Positions 24,945-38,231 are shown, counted from the first letter of the whole stretch. The stretch is 63,231 nucleotides of DNA, filler included, from Rhabdomonas costata (GCA_019059605.1; 50 parts of 50 records of this genome joined end to end with filler, not necessarily neighbours in it); one strand, 5' to 3'. Notes: generated from the sequence alone by a model not told the origin. Numbers and translations: made by a program.

Positions 24945-27575
24945 TTGTGAATTGGTGGTTTCTGGCAGATTTGCCCAGAATCTTTTTTTGTAGTGGATTG
25001 GTTTTCGGGTGTTTGCTTTGTTTCTCATCAGCTTTTCTTCTTTGACAGGTCGACTGCGAGGTCCAATGCCTCCCCGCTGCGGTGCTGCGCTACGCGTCGG
25101 CAGATGTGCTGCCCGTCTACCGCCCCACCCGGGAGTTCCCGAACTCCGTAAAAGATCAGGTGTTGTTTGCCATTCACTTTCTTCGCCGACCTGCATGCCA
25201 CTGAGACCCTAGACCACTGTTCTGTGATCTCACCAAACCCCAAACACACCCACCACNNNNNNNNNNNNNNNNNNNNNNNNNNNNNNNNNNNNNNNNNNNN
25301 TTAATTAATTAANNNNNNNNNNNNNNNNNNNNNNNNNNNNNNNNNNNNNNNNNNNNGTGGGGTGGGGGCTCGGCGCTTTTGTTCCTGAGGTTGCACGGTA
25401 CGCTGAGGTTGCACGGTACGTTTGTGTGGTCTCCTTACTTCCCAAGGGTTAGTGCGGTTGCCGCGTTGCTGGTGTTACCCACACCCACACGTTTCCAAGC
25501 ATACTGCTTACGTGTTACGTAGAACCGCGGGGATGCTCGTTGGCCTCGTGGTGGAGCCCTGCAAAATGGAAGTGCAGGTTCGCGGCGTCTGCAACGACAC
25601 GCCGCGAAGCCGATCGATTATTTTCGTGAAGATTGTGGGAACCTTTTGTCTCTTCTCATAAGGATACCAGTAAAGTGTACGCTGACGAGGCGAGGGCCCG
25701 TTTACCTTCATGGATATGGATGCATGTCCTTGGGCTCCGTTTGGGGTGCAAATGCACCCCATCTTTACATCTTACGCGTGTGTCAGTGCGACTTGTTGTT
25801 GCTGTTATTTTGCTTCAGTGCATCGTCATTTGTTTTTTCATTGAGATCTGTGGTGGGGAGATTTGCCCACGTTTTCGATTGGGTTTGCGAATGGCTTTCG
25901 TCCGTGTGGAAATTGATGAGCTTGACCCCTTGGTCGTCAAAAACACCCCGGACTCGGGCCGGCGGGCCGCGGCGCTGCACAGCTTTTCCAAGAGCTTTGC
26001 GTTTCACTTCGGGCTGAGGATGAGAGGCATTCCCTGCGCCCCAGGCTTCTGCCCCATCCGAGCCACGGACACCGTTACCTCCGGCCTTCGACAGGTGAAC
26101 CTCTTTTTTACACCATCTCTTTGGTAAGCTGACGAGAATGCTGAAATAGCCGGCTTCGCATGGGGTACCTCATTTCGATTGTCGTTGTTTCGAGGTCAAG
26201 CGGCACCACGATTTTTGCGGAGAGGGTGCCGGCGTCCTATACCCCCACCTACTCTGCTTTTCGAAGTCGGTGAGACCTTTTCAAGCGCTGCATTCGAGCG
26301 GGAATATGTTGTCAGCTTCCACCAGGCTTGACATTGCATTCGTTACTGTCAGCGTCTGGTGCTTTCCTGTGTGCTCCGAAGCAGCATAAATTCGGAACAG
26401 CATTGGTTAAAAAAGACATTTGTCTCCTCCCTTTTCATCCTCGGGCCCAGGTCGCTTCGGTTTTCCCACAACTTTCGGAAATTACTTAGTGGCGAACGGG
26501 TACAAATACGTGTAACCCAACCCNNNNNNNNNNNNNNNNNNNNNNNNNNNNNNNNNNNNNNNNNNNNTTAATTAATTAANNNNNNNNNNNNNNNNNNNNN
26601 NNNNNNNNNNNNNNNNNNNNNNNTGTTTGTTGTAGTACAAGTCTTGACATTACAGGATGAAGGAAGCTTTTGGGACATGCGGCGTTTATGGTGGAGAAAG
26701 ACATAATAATATTCGGCTCTGCGCTCAGTTTTTGTGCCCCACGTGTCGCCACTTTGGGATCCTTTTTTTTAAAATGTACTGTCGGTAATTGGCTGCCCCC
26801 CTGTGAAATAGTGTGTCTTCTGTGTACGAGCGACGTATTTCTGCAGCATGCCAACCCAGTTGTCCGCACTGCCCGACCCAATCCTTTGGCCGCCGGGGAT
26901 GGCTCTGGTTCGCGCTGGGTCCTAAGGCTCCTTCATCCACAGACTTTTCTCTAAACATGTTTCCTCGTGTGGAAATGTTTAGAAGCTGATCTTCATGGTT
27001 CACGCTTTTGTGTCTGCCGCGTAACTGCTTTTATGTTCAGTCTTGCGTGCTTTTATTCTTGCGTGTTGGGAATGTTCCGTCTCCACATAGGCGGATAGCA
27101 CGTGTTGGGGGGGAACCGTTGATTGCATGCTTGTCTGTGTGCTGAGGACCTTGAGAGGCCATCTGCCTCTCAAGGCTTCAAGATTGTGAATGTCACTGTG
27201 ATCTGTTTGTGCTGTGCGAGACCAAATGGTAAATATTTTTTCTCACAACTTTTTCCGGTTGCCGAAAGGTTTGGGCGGTGGAATGTGCAGTTACTTGGAG
27301 AACACTTAAGTCGTTCGAGTGGCGGCTTCGTGTAAAGTCGAGTGTCGATGTTAATATGCCTCTTAATTGTATTTTTTTTTCGCGGAAAGCTGTCTTCCCG
27401 CATTTTTTTTCGCATCGCAGATGCGTCGCTTAAAAAGTTGCTAAAAGTGCACTGTTGTATGTACCTTGACAGCTATTAGCGCAGTGATTGCGATTCGTAA
27501 TAAGAACTCAAACTGCAATTTGAGAGCAGTTTACCCCCTGCCCCATTCTTTACGACCTCACCTTCCCAAGATCGA

Positions 27576-27790
27576 TGTTTTGTAGTGAAAGGGACATCAA
27601 ACTGCATTAGATGGAAACTATTCCCTTATGTGCTGCACTTATCTCATTTTGATGTGATGGCTGTCATTATGATAGCTAAACTGTGTTCATTGTGATGTGA
27701 AACGACTGTCAATGCGAATGGAGATAAGTGCAGCACATAAGGGAATAGTTTCCATCTAATGCAGTTTGATGTCCCTTTCACCACAAAACA
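27576..27790. repeat. Terminal fold-back inverted repeat (~70-bp arms at 27576-27645 and 27721-27790)
   Basis: Near-perfect reverse complement that ends at the contig end. Confidence 0.85.
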
Positions 27791-28845
27791 NNNNNNNNNN
27801 NNNNNNNNNNNNNNNNNNNNNNNNNNNNNNNNNNTTAATTAATTAANNNNNNNNNNNNNNNNNNNNNNNNNNNNNNNNNNNNNNNNNNNNGGTTTTGGGG
27901 GCAAAATGCCCCCCTTTCAAGGCTTTTTGCCCCCAAAATCCGTCCCCAGGGCCTCAAAAAACCCTCAAATCCGCATAATAAAAACGCGTTTTCCGAACCC
28001 CCGACCTCAGAAACGTCATGTTGGGTCGATTTCCGGAGGGTCGATTTTTTCACCCGGGACACCCATTTTCGACCCTTACCACCGAGGCAGGCCTCGAAAA
28101 GGTCCTAAGTTCGGCCAAAAATCGGCGTTTTCAGCGTCAAAATGGTCGAATCGAAATACCAAACCGTGTAATACGGCTCCAAAAATGAGGGAATAGGTCA
28201 CCTGTACCGGGCTGGACTACTTCGTTCTATAGTCCAAAAACGCGATTTTTAGCGTGTTTTGAGAAAAAAAATTCGGCAAGTCCGCGGGCCCAAAATCGAA
28301 ATTTCTCATGAGGGGGGTTAGGTTCGAAAAATTAAAATCTTCGAATTTTTGCCCCGGAATTTTTCCATCGGATAGCACACCTCCACAAACCTGGGGCATG
28401 AAGGCCCTACGGAGGCTTGAAACGCCAACTACTTCGCACAAAAAAAAAGCGCAAAAAAAACTCTACACACAGACACACACCCGGACATTTTCCCGTTTTT
28501 CTCGTATCTTAACCCAACACAACACTGCGTTTCGTCACGGGAAAAAAGTCCCCTGTTCTGCTCCCAATTAATGATAGGGTATGCCGTGGGATTGTGAATC
28601 GAGATCAGTTAGCGCTGACACTTTCAGCAGATACTTTCTTTCTGATACTTTAACCAGTTTGGTAGTTTCAGATTGTGGCATAATGATTTCCTGGTCGCAT
28701 CTTCGAGATGTTGACATTTGCCCTTTTTTCGGCGTAAGTCCCCCTCTCTATCAATACTGGTCCCGTTTACTTCTCATAAAAGCCACGCGTGCACAGACAC
28801 GCACACTATCCACCGGCCACCCACCTACTCTTCCTCCCGGCACAG

Positions 28846-28953
28846 GTCTTCACCGTGGTTGGGGAGGCCGTGGAGCAGGCCGTCGCCCTGCAGCGCGTGG
28901 GCTGCCGTGCCCACGGGGTGCCTGTGCTGGTCACGGAGGCCGTTGCGAAGCAG
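28846..28953 (+). CDS. Exon of a second degenerate class III cyclase paralog
   Basis: VFTVVGEAVEQAVALQRVGCRAHGVPVLVTEAVAKQ aligns with 24640-24747 and shares the AKQ|GT intron position. Confidence 0.8.
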
Positions 28954-29410
28954 GTCGCCCACCACACCACACTGCCGAATCCTCCCGCTGTTTTTTATTT
29001 CGTGCCTTACAATTTCGTCGGGAAAGCAATGTGGCTGGACGCATCACCCCCAACCCNNNNNNNNNNNNNNNNNNNNNNNNNNNNNNNNNNNNNNNNNNNN
29101 TTAATTAATTAANNNNNNNNNNNNNNNNNNNNNNNNNNNNNNNNNNNNNNNNNNNNCGCGGGGGGGGGGGGAGAGAAGAGTGACAAACTTACAAGCCCCG
29201 CGCTGGAGCAAATGGCCAAGCGACGGGGAAAGGAAAACAGTCGCGCCGATAGAATGGGAAAGCCGGAAAGAGTGTGGAGAAGAGATGAGGGATGAGGGAA
29301 AGGGGCATGAGGAAATAAAAGGCAAGCGGATCACTGCCAAAACACAGACCTCTGCATTCATGAAGTCCGTAATACTCTTCGGGAAGGAACAAAGAACCCT
29401 CTGCGCTCTC

Positions 29411-29593
29411 TCACTTTAGCCTGGATTGCAAAAAGCTGTCAAAGTCGTCGTCGTCGTCAGTGCCGCTGGGCTTTGCCGCGGAAGGAGCGGACAGCGGGAC
29501 AGTCTCTGAGGGCTGTGAGGTTGGCGCCGCCGCTGCAGGGACCACCGACGCCGCGGAGGTGCCACGAGCGTTTAAGAACGCCTCGAACTCATC
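29411..29593 (-). CDS. Terminal exon with DEFEAFL/DDFDSFL motifs (resembles TOM1-like adaptor tails)
   Basis: AG acceptor, then DEFEAFLNARG...DDDDDFDSFLQSRLK*. Confidence 0.4.
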   Translation of the reverse strand, partial: DEFEAFLNARGTSAASVVPAAAAPTSQPSETVPLSAPSAAKPSGTDDDDDFDSFLQSRLK

Positions 29594-30423
29594 CTTCAGA
29601 AAGAAAACAAAAAGCATACCTACCAAGGGAGACAATGTCCCGGCATCCCCAGTGCTACAAGAGGCAGCAGCAAGAGAGCAAAAACCACAGGCGGCAACAA
29701 AACAAACGGCAAAAGTTGCATTTCCAGGGGACACAAATATTACCCACACCAAAAAAATCTGCCTAATCACTCTCCGATAATCCTTTTTTTTTGGGTCTAA
29801 GGCCCTAAGATGACCTAAGAAGAAATAAGATGCAGAAACAAAACGGAATCAACTTTCGCCTTCATGGGGCGGTTGCTGTTGCACTGCTCAGGGTTCTTTC
29901 ACCTTCCGACAAGGCCATCGCTTTGTATATTTGCTGCTTGGCGGGAGATGCGAGGGAGGTGACTGACAGTTCGGCCCCTCGGCGGAGCGGTTGGGCCAGC
30001 AAGGCAACATCTCCGCCTGTTTTGGATGCTGGTTCATCGGGTTCTTTCCATGGCTGGATGTCGACTTTTCGTGGGACTCTTCACATCTAAAATCGGAGGG
30101 AATGACATGGAATGTGCGAGGCGCAGAGTATAAGAATGATGGAATGATGGTTAACACGGAAGGTTGCAATAGTCCAGCGCAAGAGTGTTCAGCGTACGCA
30201 AGAAGGATAAATCTTTTGCAACAAGTTTTTTTTTACCACAAAACAACACAAGAGGCCACTAAGTGACAGGGGGAGAGGCATGAGAAGAGAGCGTACCACC
30301 CACCCCAACCACACCCCAACACANNNNNNNNNNNNNNNNNNNNNNNNNNNNNNNNNNNNNNNNNNNNTTAATTAATTAANNNNNNNNNNNNNNNNNNNNN
30401 NNNNNNNNNNNNNNNNNNNNNNN

Positions 30424-30584
30424 TTGTGTGTGGGGTCACGGGGCTGCACAGCGGGCTGCCTGAGGTCCAAGCCAGAGCTCGGGAGGCGCTGAGGAGCCTG
30501 ATGGTGAGCGACTCCGCGGAGGAGTGGCTGCTGCGGGGTGCGGCGGAGAACCCTGGCGAGGACTTGGTGGAGAAGATCTGCTGA
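30424..30584 (+). CDS. 3' end of an unknown gene
   Basis: GC3-rich frame GLHSGLPEVQARAREALRSL...EDLVEKIC*. Confidence 0.45.
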
Positions 30585-31069
30585 GAGATTGAGAGAGAGA
30601 GACGAGAGATGGGATGGGAGTGGTTTCGTATTGTCGAAGGGTGGCCTGTATAAAAGTGAGGGAAGCTTTTTTTATGAATGTTTGCATACGCATGTTTTTT
30701 CACGTGATGTTGTTGGTTGAAGTCTTGAACCTCGTTGGCGTGCATGAACCGGGTTGTTTTCGGCATGCGATGCGGCGATTTCGGAAGCGGGAACGGCTCG
30801 GGACTGGTTTCAGGAACGGCGCTCAGGGCAAGTCTTTGAATGGCATTTTGAAAGTCTTCGGTTCCCCTTCATTGCATCGCCCTCTCGTCCAGACTCCATG
30901 AAACAAGTAATTGCCGAAATACAACTATTTTTGGCCCCTTTTGCAACACTTCTAAGGAGAGGCGCTTTTTTTGTGCCGGAATGTGGCCTTCTCGGGCACT
31001 CGCGACTCCTCACACAGAACCTGCTTTCCGCTTCTCTTGTTATGGTCCGACATTGATCAGTTCTGGGTG

Positions 31070-31131
31070 ATGGGGAAGCACAAGTCGGAAAGCCACAAAC
31101 ATAAAAAGCACAAGCACTCCAAGCGGAAGCG
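31070..31131 (+). CDS. Probable first exon of a Lys/His-rich nuclear protein
   Basis: Pyrimidine tract and CAG 9 nt before ATG, then MGKHKSESHKHKKHKHSKRK and a GTATCT donor. Confidence 0.45.
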
Positions 31132-31695
31132 GTATCTGCAAACCCCCTCTGTCCGTCTCTCCATTCATTGCGTTTTGTTCATTGTGGACTTTTATCGGAG
31201 TTGCCAGCGCTGTTCACTGCGACAATAAGGAGAATTGGTTGACGTAAATGCTCTCCTGTTCCAAAACCTTACATGAACAGACACACGTCGACAGCACGCA
31301 CAGCTGACCGAACCGGGCGCACCTGTTCGGAGGTAAGTAGTGGCAAAGACTGTGTGTTTCACAGAAGGAACAGTGTGTCGAATCAGTTGCTGTCAGACTG
31401 CGACTCTGTTTGAAATGTCTGGAAAGATCCAACCGAGGGATGGTGCCATGGGAAACAGGGAAGAAGCAATTCATTTTCGACAATTTCCCGTTGCCATTTT
31501 CGGTGAAGAGTGGACATGACGTCTGTGCTGTGATTTTTCGAGCATAAAAATGACTATGCAACTGTGTCTGTGCAGCAACCACACCCACCCNNNNNNNNNN
31601 NNNNNNNNNNNNNNNNNNNNNNNNNNNNNNNNNNTTAATTAATTAANNNNNNNNNNNNNNNNNNNNNNNNNNNNNNNNNNNNNNNNNNNNGGGGT

Positions 31696-31788
31696 GTTTT
31701 CGACTCCAGAGATTTCAGGTACCAGGCTATCTGATGCACAAATCATGCATCAGATAGCCTGGTACCTGAAATCTCTGGAGTCGAAAAC
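31696..31788. repeat. Terminal hairpin (~43-bp arms)
   Basis: gttttcgactccagagatttcaggtaccaggctatctgatgca followed by its reverse complement, at the contig start. Confidence 0.85.
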
Positions 31789-32989
31789 GTTCGCCTTCTT
31801 CAGATCTGCACTCGCGTTCCGTGTCTCAAGTTTTCCTCGTTGACTTCTTTGCCTAGTGAAGCTTCCTGTCTCCCCCATCAGTGTTTTCATCTCTTTGGAA
31901 TTGGGGTGGGCCCGACTGGATTGGACCAGACTGAGACCTGATAAGGACCTTAGAACTGGAGATAACTGCTTGGTGCTATGGTACACTCCTGTTTGACGGC
32001 TTCTCGCTTCTCGCTTGGGGTTGGAAGGGAGGTAAGGAGAAAGGTTGCGTCTTGTCTGCTGCAGCCGCTCAGCAAGCTCGGCCGGGCCGGGGAAGAAGGC
32101 GAGCAACGGTGCGCTCCGCGGTTTTCATGGGTACCGCTACCTAGCGATTCTTTGCCTTCTCCTTCCCCATCTCCCATCTCTCGCTATTCACTTCTACGTA
32201 GCAGCACTATTCATGCCGGCACCAGTGAACGCTCCTGATGAGGGGGAGGGGAAGCAATAGACCAACCGCATTCCCCCCACCCCACCACGTTTTTCATTTT
32301 CTTCTTTTGCTCCTTGTTCCAAATTCTGTTTTGTGTGTTTAGTTCTGGGGATTAGCGAGAAAGGGTATCGATCTGGACTCCGCTGCCTGCCGCTGCTCGG
32401 CTGCCTCCGATGCTTTAACCGAGGGCGAACCTTCTCCAGGAGAGCCGACCTCATCATCACGTGAGCAGGTGCGAGCGCTTGGGTTGTGTTGTTTGGTGGA
32501 GCGCTGGTGGAGCGGGAGGGAATCGGATATCTCGCTCAAAGTGGAGCTAACGACCGTTTTTCCATACAAACCTGCAGCTATATGATCGCTGAGTGCCAAG
32601 CGAAAGTCTGGCAAGTGGCGCGGTCCCGTGAACCTCAACCCATAGTCATGGTTACCCCACAACGGTAGTAGGACGATTGGTGGCCCACCAGAGAGTCAAA
32701 AGAAGAAAGGTGTGGCCGGGTGCTAGGTGGCTGCTCTGGCTGGGGACGTCGGTCGGCTTCGCGAGGAGCGGGTGGTGGTGCTTGCGCAGCTGAAGGACGC
32801 CCAGGAACGGTGTTGCCCCCCCCCCTTCCACAAAGTGCAGAGCACTAACGCTGATCNNNNNNNNNNNNNNNNNNNNNNNNNNNNNNNNNNNNNNNNNNNN
32901 TTAATTAATTAANNNNNNNNNNNNNNNNNNNNNNNNNNNNNNNNNNNNNNNNNNNNGGTTGTGTGTTACAACACGAAGTGCCGCAAGAT

Positions 32990-33350
32990 GGTATCTGCTG
33001 TCTGTGGTGGCCTTTTGGAAGGGTCTAACTTTTCTGAAAAGGAGTTTCTCATGCCTGCTTACTTGTGGGACCACGACTGCCTGCGTTGTTCGTGCTGAAA
33101 ACACTCTTGTCCACTCTTCTGCAACTGTAGCTTCATGGTCAGCACGGTTTCGTTAGTGCGTTTTGAACCAGCTGGATGCTACTGTGGATGTTTTGGGAGG
33201 CAAAGACGTGGAAGTGGAGGCCGACGATACGGAGATTGGCCGCAAGGGAAAGGGGTTAATGGTCACTAGAAGCAAGTTTTTATTGACGTTTGTGGAGTTT
33301 TTGAAAGAGGTTCTGGCCGGTTATACCTTGAAACCTTCGACAAGCTGTCT
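32990..33350 (+). mobile_element. Decayed Merlin/IS1595-family DNA transposase
   Basis: Across frameshifts: GLLEGSNFSEKEFLMPAYLW / SATVASWSARFR*C...LGGKDVEVEADDTEIGRK / VCGVFERGSGRLYLE, matching GG.G..VE.DE and GG.ER.SG motifs. Confidence 0.75.
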
Positions 33351-35939
33351 TCTGATTTTGAAGAAAGGCCACAGCAAAATGCGGGTGTCTACAGTGCACA
33401 CACGGCACTCCTGGTTAACGCTCAATCCTCCAGCGTGTCGTGGATTGCTTAGTCCACTTTTAGTTCTTGAGCCGCCTTTCAATAGTTACACAGAAGCGCC
33501 TGAATCTGGGGCTGGAACTTGTTCACGATCATGATTGCTGCTGAAGTCTTAGGCTCATGGTGCTTGCTGTACACTTGCGGGTCTCGAAACACGCAATATA
33601 GCTGGTGAACGGCTTGGTTGTTAAAAAATGTCACCTTCAGGAAGTTTCGTTTCACCCTGCAGTGGCGCTTCTCCATCAACATGTCTAATAGGGCGTTCTC
33701 GCCGCAATTAAATTGGCTCGGCGCCTCGATCTCGGACGGTGGTTTATTCGACCACCTAACTGTTGCCACTGTCACAATGGAGACGGTCAAGCCACTGCTG
33801 CACACCTTTGGCTACGGTATCTTGCGCTTCTGGTGTCAGCTTCATGCGGTACGGGCTCTGAAAGATGCAATTGCCTATGCACCCAGGCGTATACGTGATT
33901 CCTGATTCCAAAGGTAGGCCACGTTAAACCCATGGGGCCAAATGTTATTCATCCCACCAACACAGTAACGCTCCATGTGGTTACAAACAGCCGGAAATTC
34001 TCCTTGGTGGTTTCCCAGTCGTCGTAAACGTAGTACTCGTTGGTAATAAACTCCATGGCGTGTATTTGCTTGTTCTGCAAGCCTGTTGGTTTTGTTGGCT
34101 TGTCGCGTTCACACCACTCACCCNNNNNNNNNNNNNNNNNNNNNNNNNNNNNNNNNNNNNNNNNNNNTTAATTAATTAANNNNNNNNNNNNNNNNNNNNN
34201 NNNNNNNNNNNNNNNNNNNNNNNGGTTTGGAGGTTAGAGGATGCTTCCTTTTGTCCTGCGTGATGTACCGTAATATATTTGCAGGGGGGCTCATTGTCGC
34301 CTGAGACTGCAATGGAAGATTTGCAGAAAGGTTAGAGGCCAGCTCACGTGTCCTGGGGTAGTGTTTTGTTTGATTCGCACTACAGACGACGGTTGACACT
34401 TCCAACCATTGCTAGAACGACCCCCTCCCCCCAGCTAGCTTTGCATGCAGATTAATACGAGAATTCTAGGGGTGCCTCAACAACTGCGTCGCCCGTATGT
34501 GCGATGCAAAGTGCACATACGGAAGCCTTTGGTGGTGGTGTTTGCACCACCCCCGGCACCCCTCACGCCCGCAGGAAGCACAACCAGGGCGTGGTGCAGA
34601 TGCATACCGCCCTGCAAACGATGTTCCCCAGCCTTCGCGTGATGACAGAGTACAAGGAGTACGTTCTGGACCCAGGACCCTGCGACCCCATCTTTGCCAC
34701 GTGGGGCGCTCGGGTTACTGCCTTGTTTTTTGTGTTTCTTGATTGGCAAAGCTCTACTCCAAGCGTTGTTGTGCTGACTCGTGTTTGAGGAGAGGCCCTC
34801 TCTTACTTGCGCTTCCCCCACTTTTCCGATACAGGGCCCTTTCTCCTTTTGGGGCTCCACTCAACTCATCTCCAACATGACATGTTTTACCACAGAAGAT
34901 TCCGCCTCTTTTTTTTTTGCCGCGCATGCCGACGGAATCCAGGCAATGTATCCATAAATATGTCTCGGGACATACCCCCCCCTCTCTTATGACTCGATAC
35001 TGTTGTGCCGCGGCCCACGCTTTCGATGTATTTGTATGATTTGTCATGGGATGCACACCAACTGCTGGTGTGTGGTCCAGCATCACTCTTCTTGCCGATA
35101 CAGTCTATTACCGGCAAACATGCAAAGGTTCCGCGAACGTTTTTCAGTGGTAAACTTTTTTGTATTGTGTATGAAACAAGATCCGAGGACGCATAAATAT
35201 CGAGCTGTGCTGGGATCCTGAGTCACCTTTTTTGAATGGAATGAAATCCCTGTGAGGACTCGTTTTAAGGATCCAGAACAGCACGCAACGGACGGAAGGA
35301 TAAACAAATTGCCGGCCTCGGTTTCTCAAAGCGAGACAAAAGTGAACTGAAGAACACCTTCAGACCCTAGAACAATACCCAAACCCCCNNNNNNNNNNNN
35401 NNNNNNNNNNNNNNNNNNNNNNNNNNNNNNNNTTAATTAATTAANNNNNNNNNNNNNNNNNNNNNNNNNNNNNNNNNNNNNNNNNNNNGTGGTTTGCGAT
35501 TCTAGAGTCCCAAATCTCAAAAGACAAATTACATCCCACACTGTTCATTTCTTCACTCCTCCGAGTGTTTTCGGACAGAGGTAGGGGGCTTCACGGGTAT
35601 TATTCGATTCGGGGTTGCCACATCGCACCAGGCAAACCCAGACTCACCCAGACTGTGTGGCGGCCAGGTGTCCGCCTCCAGAACCAAAATAGTCCCACTC
35701 ATCCAGAGAAAAAGCAATGAAAGTTTAAAATAAAAAGCAATCAGAATTACGGAAAGCAATCGCAAGACTATGGTTCCAATATCGCAATTTACCGTTTTAC
35801 AACTTTAGTAACACAGCAAGGTTTACCCACGGTCCTCCCCACTACCACTACCACCCCAAAAAAAACCCAAAACGAAAAAAAAAAAGCACCAGAAGATAGC
35901 AGGAAAGGAAGGCGGGCAAGGATAGCCACCCCCACGCAC

Positions 35940-36654
35940 CAGTTTCTTCCCTTCCCCAAGGTGCTGGTCCAGGATGACAATGTCGTACACATTGCCGTCC
36001 TGCGGGAAAAAGGACCCCCAAAGATGTGAGAACTGCTGGTTGCAAATGGACTGCTTTGCATTGTTAACACCAGGAGTGTCCCGTTGAAACGGGTGTGGGC
36101 TTAGATAAACTGCACTGGGGCTTCCCAGCAGGAGTGCGCGAATTCCGAGGTGGAATGAATTGCAATTCACCGAACGAAAGAGTTGTCCATCATCAAATAC
36201 GCAGGTAAGCGTGTGGGGGGGGGGGACATTTTTTCGGCTGGAGAACATTATCAAAAGTCCTCAAATACCTTAACCGCTAAAAAAAATACTGCGCACCTCC
36301 TCTGCCGATGTCCCTTAGTCAAAAATAGTTTTAAGGAGCTCAGTAGCTCAGTAAAATCCTCTACGGACCATTGGGAACTGCGGAACGCTGTCACAGTAGT
36401 CCTAACCACCTAACCAGCAGTAATTTCGAGGGTACTCGCAGGTTTTTCCTGATCCTATTCAATATAAGCACAAAAAAACACCCCATAGCGAACAGGGCAG
36501 GCAAATGAATCCTTGAATACGACCCACCCGCCTCCGCTGATTACCACCAACCACGCACGCACATCCGCAAACCTCTAAGATGTTCTGCAGGGCTGTTTCC
36601 CCATCTTCAGCTTCCTGAATCCCCCATCTCAGTTCCGCGAAGGGCCCAGAGGTG
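35940..36654 (-). CDS. Response-regulator receiver domain; exons 36654-36573 and 35999-35940
   Basis: Splices to IQEAEDGETALQNILE|DGNVYDIVILDQHLG, with the phospho-acceptor Asp in DIVILD. Confidence 0.75.
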
Positions 36655-38030
36655 NNNNNNNNNNNNNNNNNNNNNNNNNNNNNNNNNNNNNNNNNNNNTT
36701 AATTAATTAANNNNNNNNNNNNNNNNNNNNNNNNNNNNNNNNNNNNNNNNNNNNTGAGGTGTGGTGTAGAGGGTGCTGGTGGTGTGAGGTGTGGCGTAGA
36801 GTGTGGGGAGTGCATGGATCTGGGGCTGGATCTGGAGCTGTATCTGGAGCTAGAGCTGGAGCTGGAAGAGGTGGTGGTCGTGACGTTGGGACGTTTGGGA
36901 CGTGGTGGTGGTGGTTTTGTGTCTTCGCAATTGGCATTCGGGTCTCAGTCTAAGGTCCTTGGTTTCTGATTCCATGATATCTGTGACGGTTACACCGGAG
37001 CGCACTCGTGTACGACCAAGCACTGAGTGGTGGTGTAGCGTACAAGCCTGAAATTGATGACAGCAGGGAAGTGGTGCGGGTAGTACCTGGCTGCAATCAA
37101 CACCTTCTCTGGGTACAGTGGTTGACATGATGGCTACGAACCACTACAACCACCGTCACAGAAGTGCTGATGTTCCTACTGCTACGGGTGGATGTCAGTA
37201 ATACCCGCTGTGGAGGGGATTCTGATGGAATGGATGCCGCTTGACCACCACAGATGGAGTTGAGAGACAACGCAGATGCTTGTACCCACCCAGTAAACTA
37301 CTGTGTATGAGTGAAGATGACACTAACCTCGAATGCATGAGCCACCATGCGCCTACAACAACCATCAGAAGCAAGAATGCCTAAATCTAACCCTAAGGTG
37401 GCATTCTTACTCCGGCTATGCCCGGTCGGAGTGAGTGAAACCGCGCTTATGTCGGTGGAACGAACAAATTGACATCTGCACTTAACCACTGAGTTGAGTG
37501 AGCGTAACCGGACAACGGTGGAGCGAACCTTAAGAGAAGAGTCGCATGCTCAGTCATTCGCATGCTTGACCTCTAACGCATTTCACAATTTTCCCCAATT
37601 CCGTAAAGCAAGGTGAGCAGGCAAAGTCTGGTTAAACACAGTCCGTCTTAAGATACACAGCTCCATAAAAAAGCACACACACACTTTAAAAACTCCTTAA
37701 CACTACAATCAAAAAGAAAAATGCAAAAATCACTTTCTTTGCACGGATGACTCTTCAATAGAATGCCTTTGCGCAATTTAAACATTCAGGGATTCTCTCT
37801 TTCCATTCCGTTCTCTCTCGCTCAAGCGCGCGCTCCATGCAACTCTTTTTACCAACAAAGCTTTCAAACTGCTACCTGACTACTTCCACAAACACACACA
37901 TCCCACCAACAACCAACAACCNNNNNNNNNNNNNNNNNNNNNNNNNNNNNNNNNNNNNNNNNNNNTTAATTAATTAANNNNNNNNNNNNNNNNNNNNNNN
38001 NNNNNNNNNNNNNNNNNNNNNGGGGTGGTG

Positions 38031-38231
38031 TGACCCCACCCCTTCCCCAGAATACAGCTTGTTTGATTCCAATCTATCAACATCCTGGTCCGCATTGTGC
38101 AGTAGTAATTTTAAATTTTAGAGACCTTTTTAGAGACATAGGTATGACCCCACCCCTTCCCCAGAATACAGCTTGTTTGATTCCAATCTATCAACATCCT
38201 GGTCCGCATTGTGCAGTAGTAATTTTAAATT
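38031..38231. repeat. Direct repeat of about 88 bp (38031-38118 and 38144-38231) at a contig start
   Basis: Identical duplication, seen as repeated TPPLPQNTACLIPIYQHPGPHCAVVILN in the ORF track; probably an amplification or assembly chimera. Confidence 0.8.

Noticed and set aside
27576-27790. Terminal hairpins (also 7-149, 2542-2625, 31696-31788, 56776-56905) as MITEs, pre-miRNAs or hairpin telomeres
   Set aside because: Near-perfect arms, unrelated to one another and all abutting contig ends, as expected for amplification fold-back chimeras
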